Positions 21,825-31,702 of a stretch of DNA of 64,000 nucleotides are shown here, one piece after another (position 1 is the stretch's first letter; each line of letters starts with the position of its first letter). A model generated the notes under the pieces. It made no database searches. It saw only the letters and a list, made by a program, of their open reading frames with translations, and was not told the origin of the DNA. This DNA comes from Phycisphaerae bacterium (GTDB lineage Bacteria > Planctomycetota > Phycisphaerae > UBA1845), in assembly GCA_035356615.1 (NCBI GenBank), contig DAOQSN010000001.1, positions 259,254 to 323,253 of the forward strand, read 5' to 3'. A program made the position numbers and the translations under genes.

Positions 21825-23762
21825 ATGACGACACCCAGCCCACTCTGGCAGCCGACGGACGCCCAGGTGCGACAGTCGCAGATGTACCAGTTCATGAAGG
21901 CCGCGGCCGCCAGGTACGGCTTCCGGGCCGATTGGCCCGGTCTGCACGCCTGGTCCGTCGCCTGCCGGGACCGGTTCTGGCAGGAACTGCTTGACTTCGC
22001 CCAGGTCAAACCGGTGCGCCCCGCGACGGCCGTCATGACCGGCACGGGCATGCTCGGCACGAAGTGGTTCCCCGGCATGCAGCTCAACTACGCCCAACAC
22101 CTGCTGCGTTTCCGTGATGATCGCGTCGCGCTGACGGCCGAGGATGAGCGGGGGCGGACGCGCAGCCTTACCTACCGCGAACTGCACCGGCAGGTCGCGG
22201 GTTTCGCGGCCACGCTGCGCGAGATGGGCGTGCAGCGCGGGGACCGGGTCGGGGCGTTCATGCCCAACGTCCCGGAAACCGTGGTAGCGATGCTCGCCAC
22301 GGCCAGCATCGGAGCCATCTGGTCGTCGTGCTCGCCTGACTTCGGCATCGCCGGCGTGTTTGATCGCTTTGGGCAGATCAACCCGAAGGTGCTGATTGCC
22401 GCCGACGCGTACTCGTACAACGGCAAGAAGATCGACTCGCTGCCCCGCGTGCAGGGCATTCAGGAACGCCTGCCGAGCCTGGAACACGTGGTCATCGTGC
22501 CGTTCATCGAAACCAAGCCGGACACTTCGGGCATCCGCAACGCCCGCCTCTGGGCGGATTGCATCAGCGCGGCGGAAGACCTGCCGTTTGAGCCGGTCCC
22601 GTTCGATCATCCGCTGTACATTATGTATTCGTCGGGCACGACCGGCGTCCCGAAGTGCATCGTCCACGGCCACGGCGGTACGCTGTTGCAGCACATGAAG
22701 GAACTGATGCTGCACACCGACATTCGCCGCGACGACGTAGTCTTCTACTTCACCACGTGCGGCTGGATGATGTGGAACTGGCTGGTCAGCGCGCTGGGCA
22801 TCGGCGCGACGGTCGTCCTGTACGAAGGCAATCCCGGCTATCCCTCGATGCACCACCTGTGGGAGTTGGCCGAGCGTGTGAAGATGACCGTGTTCGGCAC
22901 CAGTGCCAAGTACATCGCCGCCTGCGAACAGGCAGGGCTGAAACCCGGCAAGGAGCATGACCTCAGCGCCCTGCGGGCCATCTGCTCGACCGGTTCGCCG
23001 CTGCCGCCCGAGGGCTTCCGCTGGGTCTATGAGAACGTGAAACAGGACCTCGATCTGGCGAGCATCTGCGGCGGCACGGATATCATCAGTTGCTTCATGC
23101 TCGGCAACCCGATGCTGCCGGTGTACGCGGGCGAAATACAGTGTCTCGGACTGGGCATGGACGTGAGGGCTTACAACTTCGACGGCCAGCCGGTCATCGG
23201 CGAGAAGGCGGAGCTGGTGTGCTGTGCGCCGTTCCCGTCGCAGCCGGTGTGCTTCTGGAATGACCCCGATAATGAGAAGTACCGCGACGCGTACTTCACG
23301 CACTACCTGGGTGTCTGGCGTCACGGCGACTTTGTCGAGATCACGCCGCGCGGCGGCGTAATCGTCTACGGCCGCAGCGATGCGACGCTGAATCCCGGCG
23401 GCGTCCGCATCGGCACGGCCGAGATTTACCGGGAGGTGGAGGCGATTCCGGAGATCGTGGACAGCGTGGTCGTCGGCAAGGACACTGCGGATGCCGACGT
23501 TGAAGTTTGCCTGTTCGTCGTGCTCCGCCCGGGCGTGACGCTCGACGATGTGCTGGCCAAGCGCATCCGCCAGCGGATCGCCGAAGGTGCCACCAAGCGG
23601 CACGTGCCCAAACACATCAAGCAGGTGTCGGCCGTGCCGTACACACTGAACGGCAAGAAGGTCGAGCTGGCCGTCCGCCAGATGATCCACGGCCAACCCG
23701 TCAAAAACCGCGACGCCCTGTCGAACCCGGAGGCGCTGGAGCAGTACTCACGCATCGTGTAG
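21825..23762 (+). CDS. Acetoacetate-CoA ligase (acetoacetyl-CoA synthetase)
   Basis: 645-aa ORF with an AACS-type N-terminus ([18 protein letters not shown]...FWQELLDF) and the AMP-binding motif [17 protein letters not shown]. Confidence 0.88.
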   Translation: MTTPSPLWQPTDAQVRQSQMYQFMKAAAARYGFRADWPGLHAWSVACRDRFWQELLDFAQVKPVRPATAVMTGTGMLGTKWFPGMQLNYAQHLLRFRDDRVALTAEDERGRTRSLTYRELHRQVAGFAATLREMGVQRGDRVGAFMPNVPETVVAMLATASIGAIWSSCSPDFGIAGVFDRFGQINPKVLIAADAYSYNGKKIDSLPRVQGIQERLPSLEHVVIVPFIETKPDTSGIRNARLWADCISAAEDLPFEPVPFDHPLYIMYSSGTTGVPKCIVHGHGGTLLQHMKELMLHTDIRRDDVVFYFTTCGWMMWNWLVSALGIGATVVLYEGNPGYPSMHHLWELAERVKMTVFGTSAKYIAACEQAGLKPGKEHDLSALRAICSTGSPLPPEGFRWVYENVKQDLDLASICGGTDIISCFMLGNPMLPVYAGEIQCLGLGMDVRAYNFDGQPVIGEKAELVCCAPFPSQPVCFWNDPDNEKYRDAYFTHYLGVWRHGDFVEITPRGGVIVYGRSDATLNPGGVRIGTAEIYREVEAIPEIVDSVVVGKDTADADVEVCLFVVLRPGVTLDDVLAKRIRQRIAEGATKRHVPKHIKQVSAVPYTLNGKKVELAVRQMIHGQPVKNRDALSNPEALEQYSRIV

Positions 23763-23879
23763 TTTGCGGCGTAAGCGCTGTGTGGCAGCAATGGTACTGG
23801 CGGCGGCATCGGTAGAGGGTTGTCCGCAGATTGCGCAGATTCCGCCTACGCAATGCGCATCACAGAAAGGAGGCCACCG

Positions 23880-24842
23880 GTGGACGCCCGGGTGCTGCTT
23901 GAGACCATTCTATCGAAGAAGAAGGACTTCAGGCCCGTATGCAAGAAGTATTCCGGAGCGATCACTGTCGAGCTGTTGCGCCGTGCCCTCAATGCACATG
24001 GAATACCTACGTCTCCCCGCGATGTCTTTATCAAGGGGTTGGGCATCGAGCTCGACCTCGTGGTTCCCGCAGGACGGGCCGAGCCAGAGTATGGGCTACT
24101 ATACGACCCGCAGGCAGTTCGCGCTGCGCTGGAGGTGAAGAACTGGGGGGCCTTTCCCGGTACCGAGGAGCGTATCAAGAAGAACTTCCGTAGAGTTCGC
24201 AACCATTGCCAATCGCAGGATGTGTTATGCGCGTACGTCACGCTGATGGAGACCGAGGGCGCCCGGCGCGTGACGACCGAGAGCCTTGCTACGCCAGGCT
24301 GCGAAGCTTACACGTTGTTCCTGCGCAGGGGCGCTGAGAAGAACGCTCAGTACGAGGACACCACCGAATTCAAGAAGCTGATTGCACGCCTACGAGAACT
24401 CACGGCAGGAGACGGCATCGGGAAGCGAGAAACTCACGCCGACGAGAGAGCGGTGCGGACACCTTGTCACCTTGGAAACGGCCCTGCAATGGTTGTCATC
24501 GAGGCTCTGACCGAACGCAGGGCCCGCGACGTCCTGCGGGTGCTGGCCAGGCGGGCCCGGGTGCGGGCGGGTTACCTGTTCGGCTCGCAGGTCGAAGGGA
24601 CCGCCGACCGCTGGAGCGACATCGACGTGGCCGCGTTCATTGACGAGGCGGATCAGTGGGACTTTGAGCAGCGCGTGGCCGCCTGTGTCGAGGCACGCGA
24701 GGAAGTCGGCGACGACGTCGAGTTGCACTTATTCCCGAGCGCCTCGCTGACCAACCCGCCCCGGGCCAGCTTCGCGGAGTATGTCCTGAAACATGGCTTG
24801 GCGCTGGACGCCAAAGACCTGCGCGTACCGCCCGAAGAATGA
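23880..24842 (+). CDS. Fusion protein: PD-(D/E)xK nuclease-like N-domain plus MNT-type nucleotidyltransferase C-domain
   Basis: GTG start lies 6 nt after a canonical AAAGGAGG. The N-half has GIELDLVV ... ALEVKNWG (D...ExK pattern). The C-half has YLFGSQVEGTADRWSDIDVAAF (GS...DxD NTase motif). The first about 500 nt are clearly lower in GC than the flanks. Confidence 0.7.
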   Translation: MDARVLLETILSKKKDFRPVCKKYSGAITVELLRRALNAHGIPTSPRDVFIKGLGIELDLVVPAGRAEPEYGLLYDPQAVRAALEVKNWGAFPGTEERIKKNFRRVRNHCQSQDVLCAYVTLMETEGARRVTTESLATPGCEAYTLFLRRGAEKNAQYEDTTEFKKLIARLRELTAGDGIGKRETHADERAVRTPCHLGNGPAMVVIEALTERRARDVLRVLARRARVRAGYLFGSQVEGTADRWSDIDVAAFIDEADQWDFEQRVAACVEAREEVGDDVELHLFPSASLTNPPRASFAEYVLKHGLALDAKDLRVPPEE

Positions 24843-25064
24843 GACCAGCAGACCCAAACGACGCGGGACAAGGCTACGCCCTCATGAGCCCCCCGCCGCT
24901 CCAGCAAGCGTCTTTGGACTGACGATGACCAGCCCAGCTTGGATCGCGGCCATGCCTCTCAAGTGCCGGCGGTCGCGTCGGTGAGGCGAAACGTGGCGCG
25001 GGCGAGGGCGAGTTCGCGGTGGAGGGCGGCCGTGCCCTCGACGGTCGTCACCCTGGACCGCCCG

Positions 25065-25073
25065 TGGTATAAT
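25065..25073 (+). promoter_or_regulatory. Extended -10 promoter element TGGTATAAT for tRNA-Lys
   Basis: TG-n-TATAAT read directly. It ends 27 nt upstream of the mature tRNA 5' end. Confidence 0.45.
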
Positions 25074-25100
25074 GCCCACCAAGGCGTTTGGCCGAGGCGT

Positions 25101-25173
25101 GGGGGTGTAGCTCAGTCGGCAGAGCAACGGCCTTTTAAGCCGTAGGTCCCGGGTTCGAGTCCCGGCACCCTCG
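25101..25173 (+). tRNA. tRNA-Lys (anticodon UUU)
   Basis: Cloverleaf folded by hand. The acceptor GGGGGTG pairs with CACCCTC. The D-arm is TAGCTCAGTCGGCAGAGC. The anticodon stem ACGGC/GCCGT carries the loop CTTTTAA. The T-arm is CCGGGTTCGAGTCCCGG. CCA is not encoded. Confidence 0.93.
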
Positions 25174-25227
25174 ATGCGACATCTCTGGCGCGGCGTGCGC
25201 GGGTGGGCGCGTGCCGGTGAGGGCGGC

Positions 25228-25312
25228 GAATGCAGAATGATGAGGGTAGGATTCAGAAAGAAGTTGCCCAACAAAGCCCCTTTCTGAATCCCTCCTTCTG
25301 CGTTCTGAATTG
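25228..25312. repeat. 7-nt-phased palindromic element (copy D3)
   Basis: The left arm reads GAATGCA GAATGAT GAGGGTA GGATTCA GAAAG. The right arm on the minus strand reads GAACGCA GAAGGAG GGATTCA GAAAGGG. It sits between the tRNA-Lys 3' end and the stop of the convergent membrane-protein gene. Confidence 0.8.
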
Positions 25313-25349
25313 GCCGTCTGTGGCTCCCTTGTACGCCCACGGTGTGCCC

Positions 25350-27347
25350 CTACGGATCGGAGGTTGCGTCCGATCCCGGGCCCAGCTTGATCGTCGGCAG
25401 CGTGATCGTTTCGCCGACGGCAGGAAGGCTGAAAGGCACGTACACACCGCCTTGCCAGTGGACCCAGCGGTAGGCAGGCGACTCCAGCGGCTGGCGGAAG
25501 TGAAACGTGATCTCGGCCGGACGCTGATCGGCCGTTGCGGCCGTGATCTCGATCGTCACTTCGCGCAGAGCAATCCGCTGCCCAAGTTGCAGAGGATGCC
25601 CATCATCACGAAACAGGCGGTCGAGCAACTGAGCGGCATAACCGACGTTCAGGAGGGCAGGGGGACGACCGTCAGACTGCGGGATCGTGCCGGGCGCCGG
25701 GTAGAGGCCGCCGCCCGGACGTACGACAAGCGTGTGCTCGTCGGGGCGGTACACCTCGGCCCCGCAGACGCCCGAGCTCAAAACCAGCGTCCGGGCCGGG
25801 AGCGGCCGCCCGTTCAGAGCCTGAAACACCGGCGCAAACCTCGTAAACAGGGAGCAGGGAGTTTGCATCACGAAGACGCTCTGCTGCGTCACCTGCTCGT
25901 CGGCGGGGAGGGTAGCGCCCGCCCGCGCGACCACGCGGTCGAACGCCGCCAGATAGAACGGTGCGAGCACGAAGTTCACCGGCGACATCACGAAGTGGAC
26001 GAGCACGAACAACACGCAAAGAACCAGGCGGCCGCGTTTGCCCCAGCGCGTCCGCGGCAGCCAGGGTGCCCTGCTCACCCGCGACAGCGGTCGCGGGTGA
26101 GCAGGGTCCAACGCTCGCGACGCATGCCCACTCCCGCCTGCGGCGGGTGAGGGCATGGCACCCGGCGCCAACGTCCGCACGCCGGCGAGGTACTGCGCCA
26201 GCACGGCCATGCCGCCGAGACTGACAAACATGAGCAGTCGATCCGTGGGGTATGTGGCACCAACCGGCAGCATGGCGAGGACGCTGCCCAGCAGCCAGAA
26301 CCGCGCGGTTCGATCGTGGCGGATCAGCGGCGTGAGCACGACCGCCAGCAGGGCGACCAGGCCGACGCAAACCCACCAGAACACCCGGCGGCCCGCGGCC
26401 GACAGCAGAATCTGCAAGTCGCACGCCGACAATCCCCATTGCCCCCAGATCAGGAGCGGAATGCGTTCGACAAGGGCGTGCGCGTAACGTAGCGGATCCT
26501 GGACCGGGTCGATGTACACTTCTGAGCCCGCGACGCCGTGGCCGGTGAGGTGGCAGACGACGCTCCAACCAACGCCCACGGCCACGCAGGGCAGCAGGCT
26601 CAGAAGGCGCCTCGCCCAGGCGCCCCGATCGACGAAGACCACGTAGGCCACCAGATACCCGCCGGTTGCTACCGCCATCTCCGCACTGAGCACGGCCGCG
26701 AGCAAGCACAGCGGTGCCCACACCGCTCCCCAGCGCCAGCCCTCACGCCGCCAGCGGTCGTAGGCGAGGATCGCCAGCAGGCCGAAAAACATCGCCACGG
26801 CCGCGTTGCGCCCCGCCATCCAGGTGGCCGGCATGGCGTGGGCATCGTCCACGGCGAAGAGCAGCGCGGCCAGGCCGGCTGTCCAGGTGGGCCCGTGCAG
26901 TCGCCGATACAGACACGTCGCGGCCAGCACCACCCCGGCATACCACAACAACGATTGGGCGTGCATCAGCACCGGCCACTCGGGCCAGGCGTGGTAGTCC
27001 AGCCAGAGCGTCAGCCCGGTGACCGGACGCAGGAAGGCAAGCCGTAGTCGCTCATAGGACCACCACGGCAGCAAACCGATCTCAATGTCGCGACGGACGG
27101 CACTCGGATCGCCGTCCTGGAAGTTGTAGAGCTCGACGAACGAGCGCTCAAACCCCTCGACCTGGGGCAAACCGATAAGCGCCGCGCGGTGGCCGTGGTC
27201 GTCACCGAGCCACCCGAACCACAGCGATGGCGCGCCGAGTCCACAGCCCAGCAGGACGGCGAAGAGGTAGGTGCTCCGCCCGGCAAGCCAATGGTGCCGA
27301 GGGCTGGTGCGGACGTGCTGAACTGATGCTGGTGGGCCGCTGGGCAT
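25350..27347 (-). CDS. Large polytopic membrane protein with C-terminal soluble domain (GT-C/ArnT-like suspected)
   Basis: 665 aa from the internal ATG at 27347; the longer ORF N-terminus is repeat A3. It has at least 11 hydrophobic segments, an FAVDDAH loop and a C-terminal non-membrane domain of about 200 aa. Confidence 0.65.
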   Translation of the reverse strand: MPSGPPASVQHVRTSPRHHWLAGRSTYLFAVLLGCGLGAPSLWFGWLGDDHGHRAALIGLPQVEGFERSFVELYNFQDGDPSAVRRDIEIGLLPWWSYERLRLAFLRPVTGLTLWLDYHAWPEWPVLMHAQSLLWYAGVVLAATCLYRRLHGPTWTAGLAALLFAVDDAHAMPATWMAGRNAAVAMFFGLLAILAYDRWRREGWRWGAVWAPLCLLAAVLSAEMAVATGGYLVAYVVFVDRGAWARRLLSLLPCVAVGVGWSVVCHLTGHGVAGSEVYIDPVQDPLRYAHALVERIPLLIWGQWGLSACDLQILLSAAGRRVFWWVCVGLVALLAVVLTPLIRHDRTARFWLLGSVLAMLPVGATYPTDRLLMFVSLGGMAVLAQYLAGVRTLAPGAMPSPAAGGSGHASRALDPAHPRPLSRVSRAPWLPRTRWGKRGRLVLCVLFVLVHFVMSPVNFVLAPFYLAAFDRVVARAGATLPADEQVTQQSVFVMQTPCSLFTRFAPVFQALNGRPLPARTLVLSSGVCGAEVYRPDEHTLVVRPGGGLYPAPGTIPQSDGRPPALLNVGYAAQLLDRLFRDDGHPLQLGQRIALREVTIEITAATADQRPAEITFHFRQPLESPAYRWVHWQGGVYVPFSLPAVGETITLPTIKLGPGSDATSDP

Positions 27348-27403
27348 TGCGTTGTGCTCACCGAGGCGGGGGATCCTAAGTAGGACCACGCACCTGGAAG
27401 ACC

Positions 27404-27505
27404 GGGAGGGTGGCAGGCCCAAACCGAAGGCGCCGGCACGCTGTGGCGACAACCGGCCGCGCGCCCGGGCGAAAGCAGGGCGGCGCTGCGCTTGGCCATG
27501 CCACG
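27404..27505 (-). repeat. Repeat family A, copy A3 (inverted orientation)
   Basis: GGGTGGCAGGCCCAAACCGAAGGCGCCGGCA ... GGCGGCGCTGCGCTTGGCCATGCCAC is the reverse complement of the A consensus. Confidence 0.85.
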
Positions 27506-27549
27506 CTACTCGTGTGCCTTCGGGTTGGCCCTCTTCAGTACGGACCCCC

Positions 27550-29235
27550 TCAGGGTTCCAGTTCCGCCACGAAGCACCGGGGGCCCAGCGGCTCGCCTGT
27601 CGCCCGTTGCGTCAGCTCGCGCCAGGAGTACAAGGCGCCGGGGGCGAACACCCGCGTACGCAGGTACTCGCCGATCCGCGGATCGTTGCACCAGTCGATG
27701 CGGCGGGGGTCGGTGACTCCCAGCACCTTGCTCGCCAGTTGGTGGCGGACCTGGGCCGCGAAGAGTTCGCCCAGCAGGTAATTGTGATAGTAGGCCGGTG
27801 TGCCGAGCACGTGGGTCTTGGCGGCGTAGTCCGGGCGCTGCACGCTCTCCGGCGGATTCAACAGTTGATACTGCCGCTTCAGGTCCCACCACAGTTTGCC
27901 CAGGTCCTGCTCCGGGTTGGCGTACATGCCGTGCTCGAAGCGCACCATCACCTGGGCCCAGCGGCTGAAGATCAGGCGCTCCGTGCGGAGGCGAGCCCGC
28001 ATCGCCCCGGCCACCTCGTGCGCGGTCGTCGGCTCGACCTGGAGCGTGTCCCGCAGCCAGCTTTCGTTCATGCTCAGCGCTCCGAACATGACCGCAATGC
28101 CCTCGGTGGTCAGGCCGTGGGCGGCCGAGCGCAGCAGGAACGGTGCCTGCGGATCGAGATACTTGTCATAGACGGCATGCCCCAACTCGTGCAGCAGCGT
28201 ATCCGCCCAGTAGGCATTGGGCTTCAAATTGCACAGCACGCGGATGTCGCCGGCCCGGTCCAGATGAGCACAGAACGCGTGCGGGCACTTGCCAGGCTTC
28301 TCGTAGAGATCGCTGCGGACAAGGATGTCCTCGCAGGGCAACCCGATCCCGGCGTAGTATGCCTTGGCCAGTTCCACGAGATTCGCCCGGGCGAACAGGG
28401 CGTCCGCGTCGAGCTCTCCGGTGGGTGGCGCCTCCTGGAAGAAGAGGTCGCCGAAATGCCAGGGGCGCAACTGCCCGGCCGGGATGCCAAAGTGGGCCGC
28501 CCGCTCGCCGTCGATGCGCTGCTTCAGCTCGGCAAACGGCTGCCGGGTCAGCACGTCCAGTTCGTCAAACATCGCCAGCAGCTCCGCCTCCTCCATCTCC
28601 TGCATGGTCAGGCTCAGGACATAGTAGTTGGCGAACCCCAGTTGGCGGGCCAGCGTGTTACGCAGGGCAACCAGTTCCCTGAGTTTCGCATCCGCCTTGG
28701 CACCCACTTCCATGTACGCCTTCCACGTTGCCGCGGCCGCGGCGGAATCACGCGTGCTGCCGAGGATCTCCCGGACGTCGTTCTCCGTCAGGTCCTTGCC
28801 GGCCACGCGGCTGCGATGGGTGTTGAAGATCTGATCGAGCTCGTTCTCGAGGGCAACGATGCGCTCGTGCAACTGCGGGTCGCCTTGGCTGCGCAGGTAG
28901 GAGCGGTACATCACCTCCACTTGCCGGCGCAGGGCGGGATCGGTGACCTTCCCGCCTTCCTTCAGGGCCTTGAGCTGCCCGAAAACCTGCGGATCGCTGT
29001 GCAGCTTCACGACGGCCGTTTCGGCGGCTTGCTTGCGTGCGAACGCCTGGTCCGTACCGCTGACGTTCGCCTCCCATGACGCTGCCTGCGCTTCCAGGAA
29101 CAGCGGCTTGAACTTCGCCAGGTACGTGTCCAGCAACGGCGTAAACTCCACCTCCGCGCCCGCGGCGCCCTCGCCCGCCCACACGGGAATCGTTCCGCAC
29201 GCCGCCACGATGATCATCCAGCAACCTATTCGCAT
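27550..29235 (-). CDS. Secreted gluzincin metallopeptidase, M2 (ACE/peptidyl-dipeptidase)-like
   Basis: Signal peptide MRIGCWMIIVAACGTIPVWA. HELGH is followed about 25 residues later by the third-ligand Glu in TTEGIA, which is the HEMGH..HEAIGD spacing of family M2. An M3 assignment is not excluded. Confidence 0.65.
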   Translation of the reverse strand: MRIGCWMIIVAACGTIPVWAGEGAAGAEVEFTPLLDTYLAKFKPLFLEAQAASWEANVSGTDQAFARKQAAETAVVKLHSDPQVFGQLKALKEGGKVTDPALRRQVEVMYRSYLRSQGDPQLHERIVALENELDQIFNTHRSRVAGKDLTENDVREILGSTRDSAAAAATWKAYMEVGAKADAKLRELVALRNTLARQLGFANYYVLSLTMQEMEEAELLAMFDELDVLTRQPFAELKQRIDGERAAHFGIPAGQLRPWHFGDLFFQEAPPTGELDADALFARANLVELAKAYYAGIGLPCEDILVRSDLYEKPGKCPHAFCAHLDRAGDIRVLCNLKPNAYWADTLLHELGHAVYDKYLDPQAPFLLRSAAHGLTTEGIAVMFGALSMNESWLRDTLQVEPTTAHEVAGAMRARLRTERLIFSRWAQVMVRFEHGMYANPEQDLGKLWWDLKRQYQLLNPPESVQRPDYAAKTHVLGTPAYYHNYLLGELFAAQVRHQLASKVLGVTDPRRIDWCNDPRIGEYLRTRVFAPGALYSWRELTQRATGEPLGPRCFVAELEP

Positions 29236-29588
29236 CTGCCGTCTCCTCCAGCGGGCGACCGAGCATCGGTGAACGGGCCCCGGGGGCATCGGCCCTGGCG
29301 GGGGCGTCACCGCACCACCGATCGCAGCGGTCATCGTAGCAACCGGCGTCCCGTTGGCAAACGCCAAGGGGGCGCACGCCGGCATCAGCGGGACGGCCCG
29401 GGGCGGATGACGCGGCGTCGGACCCTGTGGCCATCGTTGTGCGCCGCGACGCTCTCGCCACCCGCGTCGCCCGCGCGCAGCAACCCTACCGTGGGCGGCC
29501 TGGCCCGGCCTGCACGCTTCAGGCGCCGCCGGGCAAGGGTGGGCGGCCATTTGCCAATCGCCCAGGGCGGCGGGACAATGACATCGCC

Positions 29589-30392
29589 ATGACTACGCCG
29601 GTCCTATGGCCCTATCAATCGCCCGCGGACCATGAGGCGATCTCGGCAATGGTCCGGCAGCGCTCGACCAACACCGCCGACGTGCGGGAGGTCGCGCTGG
29701 CCGGGCTGGACCTGGCGGCGGCGCGGCGGGTGCTCGACTTAGGCTGTGGCTTTGGCTTCCTGGCCGAGGCCCTGGCACCGCGTCTGCCTGCCACGACCCG
29801 CGTGCTCGGCGTGGATGTATGGGCGTCGAACCGCGAGCCCTTCCTCTCTCGGCTGGCGTGCCGGCACCGGACGGGCGCGTTCGAGTGCCTGGAGGTCCAG
29901 CGCCAGGTCCCCTGGCCCCGGCGCAGTTTCGACCTCGTTACCTGCTCCTACTCCCTGTATTTCTTCCCCGACATCATCCCGGAAGTGGCCCGCGTCCTGA
30001 GTCCGGAGGGGATATTCCTGGTCATCACGCACAGCGAGCACTCGTTTCGCGGCTTGTTCCATGCGGCGGGGCTCGACGCGGAAGGATCGCGTCTGCGGGC
30101 CCTGCTGGGGCACTTCTCCGCGGAGAACGGTGAGCAGAAGCTCGCGGCCTGGTTCGAGGACGTGCGGCGCGTGGACTACAAGAACGAGTTGCGTTTTGAG
30201 CGGGCCCACCTGGATGAGCTGCTAGCGTATGTGCGTTTCAAGGTGCCATTGCTCTTTCCCGGCGCCCGTGCCGACGGGCCCGTGCCCCCGGCCCAGGCCG
30301 AGCACGTCCGGGCGACCCTCTCCCGCCGCGGCACGGTGATCATTGAAAAAGATGATGCCATCTTCCACTGCCGGAGGCCGCGATGCCCGTGA
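29589..30392 (+). CDS. Class I SAM-dependent methyltransferase
   Basis: Motif I VLDLGCGFGFLAE. Start taken at the internal ATG at 29589. The 3' end overlaps the next gene by 10 nt. Confidence 0.8.
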   Translation: MTTPVLWPYQSPADHEAISAMVRQRSTNTADVREVALAGLDLAAARRVLDLGCGFGFLAEALAPRLPATTRVLGVDVWASNREPFLSRLACRHRTGAFECLEVQRQVPWPRRSFDLVTCSYSLYFFPDIIPEVARVLSPEGIFLVITHSEHSFRGLFHAAGLDAEGSRLRALLGHFSAENGEQKLAAWFEDVRRVDYKNELRFERAHLDELLAYVRFKVPLLFPGARADGPVPPAQAEHVRATLSRRGTVIIEKDDAIFHCRRPRCP

Positions 30393-31399
30393 ACACCCGT
30401 TTCTGCGCCCAATGCGGTGGACCCGTCACGACTCAGGAAGTCGGCGACCGACCCCGCGACGTCTGCTCGGTCTGCGGCACGGTGTTCTACCGGAATCCCC
30501 TGCCGGTGGCAGCCGCCGTCGTCCTGAACGACCGGCGTGAAGTCCTCCTCGTCAAACGCCGGCAGGAACCCCATCGCGGCATGTGGTGTCTGCCGATCGG
30601 GTTCGCGGAGCTCGGCGAGACCATCGCCCAGGCCGCCGGCCGCGAACTCAAAGAGGAAGCCGGCATCGACGGGCAGGTCGTCCGCCTGCTGGACACCGAC
30701 TCCCACTACAGCGATCACTACGGCGACCTGCTCATCGTCACGTTCGAGATGACCAAGCTCGGCGGCCTCGAGCGGCCCGGGGATGACGCCGAGGCCGTCG
30801 CCTACTTCCCGCTCGACGCCCACCCGCCGCTCGCCTTCTCCTCCAATGACAAGGCCCTGGCCTGCTGTGTGCGGGTGCACCAGGATGAGTGGGCCATCCA
30901 GGATTCGTTTCAGCAACTCGAAACGCCCAGCGCGCAAGCTTTGCTCTCCGACGCCCTGGTGACCTTGATCCGAGACCAGGCGGCCGAGGTCACCCGCGCC
31001 TGGCTGGCGGACGTGCGCTCCAACCCCAGCACGCCCAGCTACCCCGGCCTCGATGCCGCGGTCCTGCATGACCGCGGCTTCACGGCGCTCTCCCAGTTCG
31101 GACGCTGGTTGCGCGGCAACGAGGCCGAGGACGAGGTGCGTGCCTTCTACCGCGCCCTCGGCGTGGAGCGTCGGGCGGACGGTATTGCCTTCCACGAAGT
31201 TGTCAGTTCCCTAAGCCTCCTGCGCAAGCACGTGTGGCTGCATGCCTGTCGCCGCGACGTCTGGAGCACGCTCCTGGACGTGTACCGCGTCCTGGAGCTG
31301 AACCGCCGTATCGCGCTGTTCTTCGACAAGGCGCTCTACGACGCTGCGCGCGGCTACGAGAGCTGCCCCCCTCCCGACGCGTCCCCACATCCATCCTGA
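30383..31399 (+). CDS. NUDIX hydrolase with N-terminal zinc ribbon and about 170-aa C-terminal helical (sensor-like) extension
   Basis: GGAGG SD upstream. It has CAQCG...CSVCG and the Nudix box GFAELGETIAQAAGRELKEEAGI. The C-terminal region is all-helical with no catalytic motif that I recognise. Confidence 0.8.
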   Translation: MPVNTRFCAQCGGPVTTQEVGDRPRDVCSVCGTVFYRNPLPVAAAVVLNDRREVLLVKRRQEPHRGMWCLPIGFAELGETIAQAAGRELKEEAGIDGQVVRLLDTDSHYSDHYGDLLIVTFEMTKLGGLERPGDDAEAVAYFPLDAHPPLAFSSNDKALACCVRVHQDEWAIQDSFQQLETPSAQALLSDALVTLIRDQAAEVTRAWLADVRSNPSTPSYPGLDAAVLHDRGFTALSQFGRWLRGNEAEDEVRAFYRALGVERRADGIAFHEVVSSLSLLRKHVWLHACRRDVWSTLLDVYRVLELNRRIALFFDKALYDAARGYESCPPPDASPHPS

Positions 31400-31672
31400 C
31401 GGTCGGCCGTCATCCCCCATAGCTTCCGCCCCGATCACTTGGGGCAAAGGGCGGTCAGTGTGATGCCGGCTCCGCTTGGTTTCGCCTTGCGCCTTGGTCT
31501 TTGTACTCGTTCCTATGGCCTTCTCTTGTCATTCATTCACCAAAAAAGAACCGTCAAAGCTCCCATATTGTCACCGAACATATATCCCAAAATGCGCAGT
31601 GCCGCCAAATTACTCGGCCTACGTTGGGCATCCCCTTGGTGCCCCAATTCGCGACTAGGGTGATTCCCTTGC

Positions 31673-31702
31673 TTGACGCACGTGCGGCCGCTACAGTAGG
31701 AT
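31673..31702 (+). promoter_or_regulatory. Candidate sigma70 promoter TTGACG-N18-TAGGAT upstream of the PEP-CTERM gene
   Basis: Read directly at the end of a roughly 260-nt low-GC tract. A hairpin ACGGCAG-TCGCGTG-CTGCCGT follows in the leader. Confidence 0.35.

Noticed and set aside
24843-25100. Expected HEPN toxin partner or integrase downstream of the MNT-like domain and next to the tRNA.
   Set aside because: No ORF with an Rx4-6H motif or a recombinase signature is present. The interval holds only the tRNA promoter. I also saw no direct repeat of the tRNA 3' end in the window that would mark an island boundary.
24882-25340. 152-aa minus-strand ORF overlapping tRNA-Lys and the D3 element.
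   Set aside because: It covers a well-folded tRNA and a repeat, and its translation is Arg/Pro-rich.
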